Assembly: GCA_048938895.1 (NCBI GenBank)
Contig: JBHLLU010000063.1
Location: 1 to 21,202, forward strand
Direction: 5' to 3'
Source of the DNA: Promethearchaeota archaeon
GTDB lineage: Archaea > Asgardarchaeota > Lokiarchaeia > Sigyniarchaeales > SOKP01
DNA length: 21,202 bases
Numbering within the stretch: the first letter of the stretch is position 1; each line of letters begins with the position of its first letter. Under the pieces are notes generated by a model, which searched no databases, was not told the origin of the DNA, and saw only the letters and a program-made list of their open reading frames with translations. Both the position numbers and the translations under genes were made by a program. Below are positions 7,435 through 15,850 of the stretch, in pieces.

Positions 7435-7998
7435 TTATTTATTTGTATTTTCATTTCTCTCTTCATAATAATATGCTTCGAATAACCATTTTGTTAGATC
7501 ATTAATGTCTTCATCCTCGATTTTAAAATATTCAACACTAGTTTTTAGAAGATTTTTTATATAGTCTATTGGTGCTTCTATGATTGATAAAATTGGACTT
7601 GAAAAATACCATTTTATTGCTGGGATTAATTTTTTACCTACATATGATTTTTTGATTTTCTCTATTTGTTGTTTGTATTTTGCTTTATCATTTGCAACTT
7701 GTTCTTCGGTTTTCTTCAAAAAGTAGATCTTTTCTTCTTTCCAAAATTCTGGATACAACAATTGATATTCCTTCGTTTCGTAATTGAAAAGAAGTTCTTG
7801 GCCTGTGGAGCATTTTATCTGATACCAGTTTTCGTAATCATCCGATGGTGCATCTAATAAGTGTTCGAGACCTTTAATTGGATAAATTTTGCTAAAATTC
7901 CGGATTACTTGTTTTGGATTAAATCCCATTTCTTTATTAAGGATCTCTGCACAAGATTCCAAAATATCTTTTATATTATGTTTCAATTTCCATTCCAT
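7435..7998 (-). CDS. Hypothetical helical protein; candidate immunity protein for the upstream nuclease-tipped protein
   Basis: The ORF track gives 7435..8010 (GTG). ATG 7998 is preceded by an AGGTG RBS-like motif and is the likelier start. The gene directly follows 8049..11363 on the same strand. Function is inferred from position only. Confidence 0.7.
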   Translation of the reverse strand: MEWKLKHNIKDILESCAEILNKEMGFNPKQVIRNFSKIYPIKGLEHLLDAPSDDYENWYQIKCSTGQELLFNYETKEYQLLYPEFWKEEKIYFLKKTEEQVANDKAKYKQQIEKIKKSYVGKKLIPAIKWYFSSPILSIIEAPIDYIKNLLKTSVEYFKIEDEDINDLTKWLFEAYYYEERNENTNK

Positions 7999-8048
7999 TT
8001 TATTAAACACCTTTGTTGTTATTTAATAGATATTGGTTGTCTTTTCTA

Positions 8049-11000
8049 TTAAAGTAAATGATAATCCCCTAATTTAATTCGTTTAAGAATATAATCTATA
8101 CTTAATGGAAGCTTATCTGGAAGCTTTGCTTTGATGAATTTTTCAATTTGCTCCCTAATGTAAGCCTGTGGATCTCCGTCTTCAATTATATTTTTAGTTA
8201 AAACAATTAATAATACACGATTCTCTCTGCACCGTTTTATTTTATCTTGATCATTTTCTATGGTTTTCTGGTCATTTTGATGTGATTCATGAATATTATT
8301 TTCAAAGGCAATTTTGCATATTTTATCCCCTATTCTAACTTCTACATATCCATCAAGATCCATGTAATCTCCATGTCGATTCCTTAGCCATTCGAGTGTT
8401 CCTGCTTTATACTCATAAAGCCTTACGCCTAATAGATTTTCAAACATCATTGTAACTCCTTTTTCAAATGGATTTTGTTCATGTAGATAGATACCCTTAT
8501 GTTTGGACCTATATGAAAAAATTTCTGCGAGTAGCGCAGTTCTCAGTTTATTGTTAGCGATTCTTCTGATATTTTGCTCCATCTCATATAAAATATGTGG
8601 TGTTGGATATTTTCCGCCATCTTTGAGGAATTTATCAAGTCCTTGACGATCATTAAATAAAACTTGAGATAAATCTTCTATTGAACCCAGATAATCTTTT
8701 GGAAATTGTTTGAATATTTTTTCAATGAAAGATATTCTCCCTCCTCGGCTCTTTTTATTTCTAATGGAGTTAAGTAGGTTTATATCATGAGATATCTCAT
8801 TTATTAAATTTATTTTAGCATCTTTAAAGGATTTGGCATTATTACATTCCTTTTTGTAAAAGATTTCCAGCAATACTCTGATGTGATGCTCAGTTAGACT
8901 TTTATCCTGCATACTAATGATATCAATAATCTGCTGTTCGCTTAATTTACTACTAATTAATCTCTTTAATGCATCATCAGGGAGGGGGAGGTTTTTATCA
9001 CCGCCTGCTCTCATACTTATATCAGAAGGTCTTTCAATACCATATTTGTCAAAATAATAGTATACATTTGTTATCCTGTTATCAAGAAGAGGATTATTAT
9101 GTTTCTCCTCAATGATAGTTTCAGATTTTTCTTGTAAAGTTTGACTTAATTCTTGTAATCGTTCTATAAATTCATTGATCTTTTCTTTAATGGATTTTTT
9201 CACTAAATTTCCTAGTAAATCGGACTCTGATTTGACCTTTTCGTATACAGTCGCAGATATTGGAGATCTGGGAATTGAACTGACTTGAGATATCTTCCTT
9301 TCATTTGCCCAAGCTATCCATGCGGAATCAGATTCTTCAGCGGGAGTATATCCTGCATACTTGCCTACATATTCACCAAACATTGATTCTCTTAGAATAG
9401 ACTTTCGAATCTCAAAACTCTTGCTAAAAGAACTTATTGCAGAAAAGCTCATGACAAGGGACGCGCCGAAGAACATTGGACCGCCGATACTGACCATAGC
9501 AGTTCCGAGTAGAAGTGAAGCACCTGTCTTCAATATTGAACTCCATTCTACTTTTACACTTCTAAGCTTTTGAGTTTCCTGAATGTTACTCTCATGTATC
9601 TGCTGTTCAGTCATTTGAATTTCATTATAAATATGCTGTGTGTCCACAATGGAGCTTGTACTCTGCTGTTGCCCAAACAGGAACGTTGACATCGGACCGG
9701 TAAGACCTTCACGACTACCCTCCACTAGTGCACTAACAAACACTTGCCAAACGACATCTCCCCCGAGGTCGCTGACTGTTTTAGACACAATAATTTCAAG
9801 GTAAGGATCGACAAAGATTTCTTGTAAAGTCTCAGTAATAGGGGAGAGTGCCAATTTTATCATCTGCCATGAACCTAGAGTTGCTCTAGCTGCGAAATAA
9901 GAAATAAGTGATTGGGTAAATGTTGGAGTGGCTACAGATCCTATGTTCTGTCCTGTACTCATTAAACTTATAGTAGGAATTGAATCAAGGGCTTTTGCCG
10001 CCAATCCTATACCCAATGTTATTGCTGTCGTTATACAGGTGCTTATCGAAGTAACAAAGAAAGTATAGAACATCTCAGAAAGTCCTTGCTGAGTTTTACA
10101 TCCGTGGGTGTATTGATACATGTACTCAAATATGGCTTGTTCTACAGCTTGCATGGTTGCGATGTGTTGTACTTCCTCTTGAGTGTATCCGGTTAAATCG
10201 GTGATATCTCTATATTTTTCTATTTTTATTTCAAAAATGTAATAATAATCAACGTTAGGATTTTGGAGTCCTAATAAAGAAAGAGTGGTCTGAAATGCAC
10301 TAAAATCGGGATCAAGAGTTAATATACCAGTTGCAATAGAGAAATCGAAGAACTCAGGACCGTAAGATCCAATAAATTGGTTGGAATCCATATCGCCGTC
10401 TTTTGCCTCGACTAAGTACACGTCTATTTCTTTAACCGATGCGTGTAGAAAGTGAACACTGTCTTCTGGTATGAGTTGTATATCAAGTGAGCTTTCTGTA
10501 TCAAAGACTTTATAGATGGTATAATAATCCTTATCTAAATCTTCATAAGCGTTTGAATCAATAAATATAGGATACTCATGATAGAATTCTGGGAGGGGGA
10601 AATTGGCATTTTCCTTGGTAAACTGGAATTTTGGAATGTAGGTACCTTTGGCATAGATGATATAAGGATAAATGGTGGTATATTCTCCATCAGTCTCTTT
10701 TGCGATAGCGTCTTCCAAATACATGATGGTATTGGTCATGTAAAGGTAATCATTATCTTTTGCGTAAGTCTTAGTAGTACTACCTGTGCTTGATTGAACT
10801 CTTCTTGTTTCAAAGAAATACCATGAGAGACGAGGATCGTCAAAATCAGAATAAATGATCGGACTTCGTGTCTGCATCGCATAGTTAAGTGCAATTGGGA
10901 TGTTTTGAGTACCACAGAATCCTGTCTTTTTTATTCCTTTCTTGGCAAGAACGATGGTCCCTTTAAAGAGATGTTTGTCGGTCTCTACTTGCACGTCCGT

Positions 11001-11363
11001 GTAGGTCCCCGAGGAGCTGAATCCAGTAATATCAGGCAAGGTGCCACCCCACATCTCATCATACGCTCTTTCACTGGAAAGGGTGATTTTACCCTCATAG
11101 TCTTCATTATGGAATGTCTGAGAGCGAACGAGATGCTTCTGCTTCTCAGCATCGATTGCCGCTTTAATAGAAGTACCAATTGCGTACACCACAACATAAG
11201 CAAGAGCTCCTAACACAGGAGCAAGAGGTCCTGTACTGGAAGCTGCAGCTGTAACTATGGCAGCAACAATAAAGGCCGCTAATTGTATTCCGACCTGACA
11301 CCAAATTTCATCAACAACCCTATCACTTACCGCTTTTATGAACTGGTTGGAAGTAATTGACAT
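8049..11363 (-). CDS. Large membrane-associated protein with a C-terminal Vsr/DUF559-like (PD-(D/E)xK fold) endonuclease domain; polymorphic-toxin-like, probably 5'-truncated
   Basis: Several Gly/Ala-rich hydrophobic segments (about aa 24-66, 430-460, 610-645). The C-terminus reads FEKGV..WLRN..YMDLDGY..IAFENN..H..DQDKIKRCRENRVLLIVL. The reading frame stays open for 18 codons upstream of the ATG, to a TGA at 11418-11420. Confidence 0.8.
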   Translation of the reverse strand: MSITSNQFIKAVSDRVVDEIWCQVGIQLAAFIVAAIVTAAASSTGPLAPVLGALAYVVVYAIGTSIKAAIDAEKQKHLVRSQTFHNEDYEGKITLSSERAYDEMWGGTLPDITGFSSSGTYTDVQVETDKHLFKGTIVLAKKGIKKTGFCGTQNIPIALNYAMQTRSPIIYSDFDDPRLSWYFFETRRVQSSTGSTTKTYAKDNDYLYMTNTIMYLEDAIAKETDGEYTTIYPYIIYAKGTYIPKFQFTKENANFPLPEFYHEYPIFIDSNAYEDLDKDYYTIYKVFDTESSLDIQLIPEDSVHFLHASVKEIDVYLVEAKDGDMDSNQFIGSYGPEFFDFSIATGILTLDPDFSAFQTTLSLLGLQNPNVDYYYIFEIKIEKYRDITDLTGYTQEEVQHIATMQAVEQAIFEYMYQYTHGCKTQQGLSEMFYTFFVTSISTCITTAITLGIGLAAKALDSIPTISLMSTGQNIGSVATPTFTQSLISYFAARATLGSWQMIKLALSPITETLQEIFVDPYLEIIVSKTVSDLGGDVVWQVFVSALVEGSREGLTGPMSTFLFGQQQSTSSIVDTQHIYNEIQMTEQQIHESNIQETQKLRSVKVEWSSILKTGASLLLGTAMVSIGGPMFFGASLVMSFSAISSFSKSFEIRKSILRESMFGEYVGKYAGYTPAEESDSAWIAWANERKISQVSSIPRSPISATVYEKVKSESDLLGNLVKKSIKEKINEFIERLQELSQTLQEKSETIIEEKHNNPLLDNRITNVYYYFDKYGIERPSDISMRAGGDKNLPLPDDALKRLISSKLSEQQIIDIISMQDKSLTEHHIRVLLEIFYKKECNNAKSFKDAKINLINEISHDINLLNSIRNKKSRGGRISFIEKIFKQFPKDYLGSIEDLSQVLFNDRQGLDKFLKDGGKYPTPHILYEMEQNIRRIANNKLRTALLAEIFSYRSKHKGIYLHEQNPFEKGVTMMFENLLGVRLYEYKAGTLEWLRNRHGDYMDLDGYVEVRIGDKICKIAFENNIHESHQNDQKTIENDQDKIKRCRENRVLLIVLTKNIIEDGDPQAYIREQIEKFIKAKLPDKLPLSIDYILKRIKLGDYHLL

Positions 11364-11420
11364 TGCTTCTTTAATAAGCTTGCTTGAAGATTTTGTATAA
11401 ACTGTTTTCTCATTTTTTCA

Positions 11421-11449
11421 GAATCATTTATGATTCTCACGAGTGAGAA
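11421..11449. promoter_or_regulatory. Two overlapping 7-2-7 palindromes (GAATCAT-tt-ATGATTC at 11421-11436; TTCTCAC-ga-GTGAGAA at 11434-11449)
   Basis: Read directly from the sequence. They sit upstream of a TATA-like TTTTAAAT (~11474-11481) in a divergent intergenic region. The regulatory role is inferred. Confidence 0.5.
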
Positions 11450-11536
11450 ATTACAACGACAAAGGGCATAAATTTTAAATAGGGTTTCGATATATTATTT
11501 TCTCAACATACATAAAATTTCAGGTAACCATACTTT

Positions 11537-12643
11537 ATGAAAAAAAATTCAGTAAACTTGTTACTCTTTTTTGTGACGATCTCCCTTCTAATTGGGACTA
11601 TTCCGCTCCTTTCTGAACGAAAAATCCAGAAAACGAACAGTTTCGGTTTTAATTTGGAGACTAGTGATGTGTCGTGGGATGTCTCCGACTACACCGAATT
11701 TATCGGTCCCGCTCTAAATACCACTAGCGAACTTGTAAAATTTCGCATATACATTCGCGACGATGATCCTGAGTACAATTGGACGAAGACTGAGGCTGAA
11801 AACGAGTGGTGTACTGGTTCAGGGACGGAAGGAGACCCCTACGTTATCGAGAACCTCTATATTAATGCTTATGGAGAGGGTGGAGGACTATATATCAGAA
11901 ATACCGATAAACATTTTATTGTACGTAATTGTTGGGTCAATAATTCTGGTCCTGCTGAAACTGATGCGGGAGTTCTTATGCGATATACAGAGAATGGAAA
12001 TATTTCCAATAATATTTTTAGTTATATAAAAAAAGGGGTACAAATTGAATATTCATGCAAGGACATTATTATTGAAAATAATTATATGATTGGAGACCCT
12101 GCAATGTATTCCCGAGCCTTTGAATTTGCATATGATTGTGTGAATATTGATATCATAGGAAATAAAATCTTTAATTTTTATGAAGGAGGATACTTCGACC
12201 TAAACATTGTTAATTTAACATTAAGACGAAATTACATTACCAATACAGTGTTTAAAGAATGGGAAGACTCTCCAATGCACTTTAGAATGGTTAACGATAG
12301 CAAAGTGATCTATAACACATTGGACGGTGTTTATGCCCAATCTGGAGTTTTCGTGGATGTGTTAGGCGGTACAAATAATACTGTGTTTAACAATTCCATA
12401 GTAAGCGGGGGTGGTGATAAACCTACAACACCCCTTCTAAGCAGCGGACTGCATATGAGTGCGTCAAACCGCGTCGCCATGAATTTAGAAGATTGTAATT
12501 TCAACCTCGTCGCTCATAATCGTATTTTCAAGGGTTCAGCACTAGACATCCCTAGTTATGATTCCTTTATTGTTATTGGGCTCATTGGAGTAATAAGTGC
12601 CACACTTATAATCAAGTTTTCTATCAGGAAGTTAAAACCCTAA
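11537..12643 (+). CDS. Secreted, C-terminally anchored right-handed parallel beta-helix (NosD-like) protein with a Loki-CTERM-like sorting signal
   Basis: N-terminal signal peptide (MKKNSVNLLLFFVTISLLIG), a WCTGSGTEGDPYVIENL motif and Asn-rich IxNNxI repeats. The C-terminus has IPSYD, a transmembrane helix and a basic tail. Confidence 0.85.
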   Translation: MKKNSVNLLLFFVTISLLIGTIPLLSERKIQKTNSFGFNLETSDVSWDVSDYTEFIGPALNTTSELVKFRIYIRDDDPEYNWTKTEAENEWCTGSGTEGDPYVIENLYINAYGEGGGLYIRNTDKHFIVRNCWVNNSGPAETDAGVLMRYTENGNISNNIFSYIKKGVQIEYSCKDIIIENNYMIGDPAMYSRAFEFAYDCVNIDIIGNKIFNFYEGGYFDLNIVNLTLRRNYITNTVFKEWEDSPMHFRMVNDSKVIYNTLDGVYAQSGVFVDVLGGTNNTVFNNSIVSGGGDKPTTPLLSSGLHMSASNRVAMNLEDCNFNLVAHNRIFKGSALDIPSYDSFIVIGLIGVISATLIIKFSIRKLKP

Positions 12644-12670
12644 CTTTATTTTTTTATTTTATTTCTTTTA
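12644..12670 (+). terminator. Oligo-T terminator-like tract
   Basis: Several T runs directly after the stop at 12643. Confidence 0.45.
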
Positions 12671-12685
12671 TAGAAAAGGAAAAAA

Positions 12686-14671
12686 ATGGAAGACTCAAAA
12701 ATTATCTTTAAAATTAGCTATACGGGACATATAACCAAATTTAGTGCTAGCTTTGGGTTTTCGCTTTCTAGAAGAGATATAAAAAATCTGAAAAATGCTT
12801 TTCTTTTACCTCATTCTGAGAAACTAGAACAATATAAAGCGGCAATTGATAGATTTATCGTAACCTCTAGACAATTTACCAAGATGTTGGATCACTCAGA
12901 ATCCCTCTACAAACGAGTTCCTTTCAGACGAGATAATGGTAATAAGCTCCTCTTAGATCATAAGAATCAAATGATTAAAAACTTGTTAGAAGCACATCAA
13001 GAGGAGTCAACAGAGCTCGAATCTTTCACAGAGCTTACTGAAATTGAAAAAAAGAGTATTATTAAGGATAGAAAACTGAATCTTATAAAACAACAGTCAG
13101 AAATTCAAAAAGAAAGGCAAGAAGGAAAAGATTCCTTGGAAAACTATAATAAAAGCCTACGAATGAAGTTTATAAACCAACAGTGGAGAATATATAACCA
13201 TTTTTTCATGGAAAACTCCGCATTTAAAAAAATTGTTTCTGAGATTTTAAAAGAACGCTTAGAACAATACTATTCTCTTAGAATTATACCTTCAGACTTT
13301 TTAAAAGAAGAGTTTATGTGGCTAATTAGAGATAAAAAGACTATTATCAAAAGATTAAGGGAACGCGAAATAAGATTTAGAAAAGACCTGCTTGAAAAGA
13401 TTGAAAACTGGGAAAATAATGCTGAGAATCTTTTTTTTCCTTCTATATTTACCAATTCAGAGTTTCATATTCAAGTAAACCGATCTTCATTTGAGATAAC
13501 ATTCAATCATAAACTGTTGTATGAAAACATTCTACGATTCGCTTACCAATATTACGGACTGGATTACGAACAAAAAGAAATTATTCTTTCAGAAGATAAT
13601 GAATATTTCTTTAAAAAAGATGATTCTCTTTTATCCAAATTGCCAGATTTTCTAAAAGCAAACAATATAGACCATCTTGTAACCTATTCAGCCGATAAAG
13701 GCTCATTCAAATTTCACTTTGATGGAATGTTAAGAGATCTATGCAAAAAAACCGTTCATGAAAGAGTAACCTTACGACCAGCTCCTTTATCTTCAATTTC
13801 ATTGAAAAAGAAAATAATACAAAAGGTTAAAGTAGGAATTCCTCTGTCGGCTATTATCGCGGTCATAGTAATCATTTCTTTCTTATTCATCAACATCCCT
13901 TCTGTTAAAGTAGAAAAATATGATTCTGTAAGATTAGAGTATACCGTATGGCTTTCAGATGAGGATGAGAATTATAATGCGTTTAATCCAGAATTAGACA
14001 CGGTTTTATGGGTGAAAGTAATTCCTATTACAGAGAATGACACGACGGGTTTAATGCTTGGGTTATATAATAATCTCTTGGGAAAAAAAGTTCAGTTTGA
14101 TAGTGGTCTTATATGGCTTAACAAATGTATTGATCAGAATAGAGACGGGATAGATGATAATACCGGTCAGATAGCCTTATCTTATGGCAATAGTACTGAT
14201 TTATACTTTAACACCTGTCTCATGATACAGTTTAAAGTGTTGGATATCGAAAAAACCGCTCCCTCGTTTTATTGGGACTTGAATGACAAAATTTTTATAC
14301 TTATCGGAGGGATAATATTAGCAGTGATTCTCGGAATCTCAGTAATCACCTTGGCGGGATTTGTGATAGCACATCGTATACGAAAGCGGAGATCAAGACC
14401 GAAACTCATCTCAAGGATAGAAAGAAGTCGAAAATATAAGATTTATCGATATGTGTCATTATTAGCAACTATTCCGCTCCTCTTGCTTGCGGCATTAGGC
14501 ATCATAAACATAATGACACCCTTCAATGAAATTGTTCTTGCCAGTAAATATGATCACTTAGTACTTCTCTCAATAATTATGCTATTGTTAAGTATTTGTG
14601 TGATATACACTATCTTCTTTCTTGTAGTTTCCAATATAATTTATGATTGGCAACAGAATAAAAGAAAATAA
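12686..14671 (+). CDS. Multi-pass membrane protein: large charged/coiled-coil N-terminal region, one TM helix, an FKBP-like domain, three C-terminal TM helices
   Basis: The hydrophobic helices are visible. KVEKYDSVRLEYTVW...GLMLGLYNNLLGKKV...ALSYG...LMIQFKVLDI follows FKBP-fold spacing, with an inserted DQNRDGIDD (DxNxDG) loop. Confidence 0.7.
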   Translation: MEDSKIIFKISYTGHITKFSASFGFSLSRRDIKNLKNAFLLPHSEKLEQYKAAIDRFIVTSRQFTKMLDHSESLYKRVPFRRDNGNKLLLDHKNQMIKNLLEAHQEESTELESFTELTEIEKKSIIKDRKLNLIKQQSEIQKERQEGKDSLENYNKSLRMKFINQQWRIYNHFFMENSAFKKIVSEILKERLEQYYSLRIIPSDFLKEEFMWLIRDKKTIIKRLREREIRFRKDLLEKIENWENNAENLFFPSIFTNSEFHIQVNRSSFEITFNHKLLYENILRFAYQYYGLDYEQKEIILSEDNEYFFKKDDSLLSKLPDFLKANNIDHLVTYSADKGSFKFHFDGMLRDLCKKTVHERVTLRPAPLSSISLKKKIIQKVKVGIPLSAIIAVIVIISFLFINIPSVKVEKYDSVRLEYTVWLSDEDENYNAFNPELDTVLWVKVIPITENDTTGLMLGLYNNLLGKKVQFDSGLIWLNKCIDQNRDGIDDNTGQIALSYGNSTDLYFNTCLMIQFKVLDIEKTAPSFYWDLNDKIFILIGGIILAVILGISVITLAGFVIAHRIRKRRSRPKLISRIERSRKYKIYRYVSLLATIPLLLLAALGIINIMTPFNEIVLASKYDHLVLLSIIMLLLSICVIYTIFFLVVSNIIYDWQQNKRK

Positions 14672-14825
14672 GATATAAAATTCAATACTAAAATTTTAGA
14701 CCATTTATAGATTTATATCTTGATTAAGCTGCTCTGTATACAGGATTATATGACCTCACTTTTCCTATTTATCCAATTTAATGATAAAAAGTATTTATAA
14801 TCTTTATCCATTAATATTAGTACTG

Positions 14826-15794
14826 ATGAAAGGATTAGATATTGGGAGGGATTTCTTTCTAGATTGGGGACTTTCCTTTCTGAAAAAGGAATTCCCAGAA
14901 CTTACATTACGTATTTCAGCGGGTCGCTTTCTAGGATCAGATGTAATCGGAGCAGATGATAAAATATCAAGAGATCACGATTGGGGACCCCAATTCACAT
15001 TATTTCTTTCAGAAGATGACTTTTGTAATTTAGGAAATCAACTATCAGAGAGAATCAATAGAGGAGCTCCCATCAATTGGAAGGGATACCGTTTAGAAGG
15101 AGCGGATAGCTACAAAAAAAGTGTTTTTATAGAAAGTGTTCCTCGCTGGATAAAAAAACATTATAGTTTTTCAAAACTACCACGATCAGACGAAGATTGG
15201 GGGTTGAAAGTGAGAGAGGGACAGTTTGTTGTGATTCAAGAGGATCGGGAGTCTCCACTATATTTTCTCAAACATGGTGTGCTTTGGCTTAGCAATAATG
15301 ATGAATTAAACCAGTGGCGTAAAGCTTTAGAATATTATCCTAAGAATGTGTGGTACGGACGTCTTTCACAAGAATGCTTTAACATTTGGCATTATGGTGA
15401 ATACAATTTTGTTCAGCGGATCTCCAAACGAGGTGATCCAATTACACTCCATCTATGTTTAGGGGAGTTCGTCAAGGGAGTGATGCGAATACAATTTCTG
15501 TTGAAAAAAGACTATACTCCTTATTGGAAATGGCTTGCATATGAATTCCGAAAACTTGACTGTGCTCAACATTACATCCCTCTTCTTGAATCGCTACTTA
15601 GATCTGATAATATTGATAAAAAAATAGAAATCGTCAAACTCATTTGTCATGATATTCATCAGCAAATATTATCAACGCGTCTTATTAGTGGCAAAGGTGC
15701 AAAAGAGTATGCCAAGTATCTTCTACCCCTACTCAATGACCATGATGAATTTCTCCAATTGATATTGAACTCTAAAAACCGTATTAGAAGATGA
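14826..15794 (+). CDS. DUF4037 family protein (nucleotidyltransferase-like fold)
   Basis: Motifs GSDVIGADDKISRDHDWGP, YYP..W, GEYN..R..RGD and PYWKW. ATG 14826 (MKGLD) fits the usual family N-terminus better than 14781. Confidence 0.8.
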   Translation: MKGLDIGRDFFLDWGLSFLKKEFPELTLRISAGRFLGSDVIGADDKISRDHDWGPQFTLFLSEDDFCNLGNQLSERINRGAPINWKGYRLEGADSYKKSVFIESVPRWIKKHYSFSKLPRSDEDWGLKVREGQFVVIQEDRESPLYFLKHGVLWLSNNDELNQWRKALEYYPKNVWYGRLSQECFNIWHYGEYNFVQRISKRGDPITLHLCLGEFVKGVMRIQFLLKKDYTPYWKWLAYEFRKLDCAQHYIPLLESLLRSDNIDKKIEIVKLICHDIHQQILSTRLISGKGAKEYAKYLLPLLNDHDEFLQLILNSKNRIRR

Positions 15795-15850
15795 TTTATT
15801 ATATTAAATAAAACGAAAATGTTAAAGTTTAAGGGAAATTATTATATCAC

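Larger units (their letters stand above)
114..11420. mobile_element. Composite mobile/accessory island (tyrosine recombinase, helicase, two nuclease-plus-partner modules); boundaries approximate
   Basis: Contains an intact tyrosine recombinase, an MGE-type helicase, repeated G-rich sites and apparently truncated genes. Ordinary metabolic and surface genes start at 11537. Confidence 0.55.

Noticed and set aside
8980-8993. gggagggggaggtt (and gggaggggga at 10591-10600), similar to the G-rich repeat
   Set aside because: Both lie inside the 1104-aa ORF and are explained by Pro/Leu codons (LPLP, FPLP). They lack the caccac core.
10985-11203. Same-strand alternative-frame ORFs (10985..11203, 11763..12029, 19432..19632)
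   Set aside because: They are fully nested in intact longer genes, with no sign of frameshifting or a protein motif.
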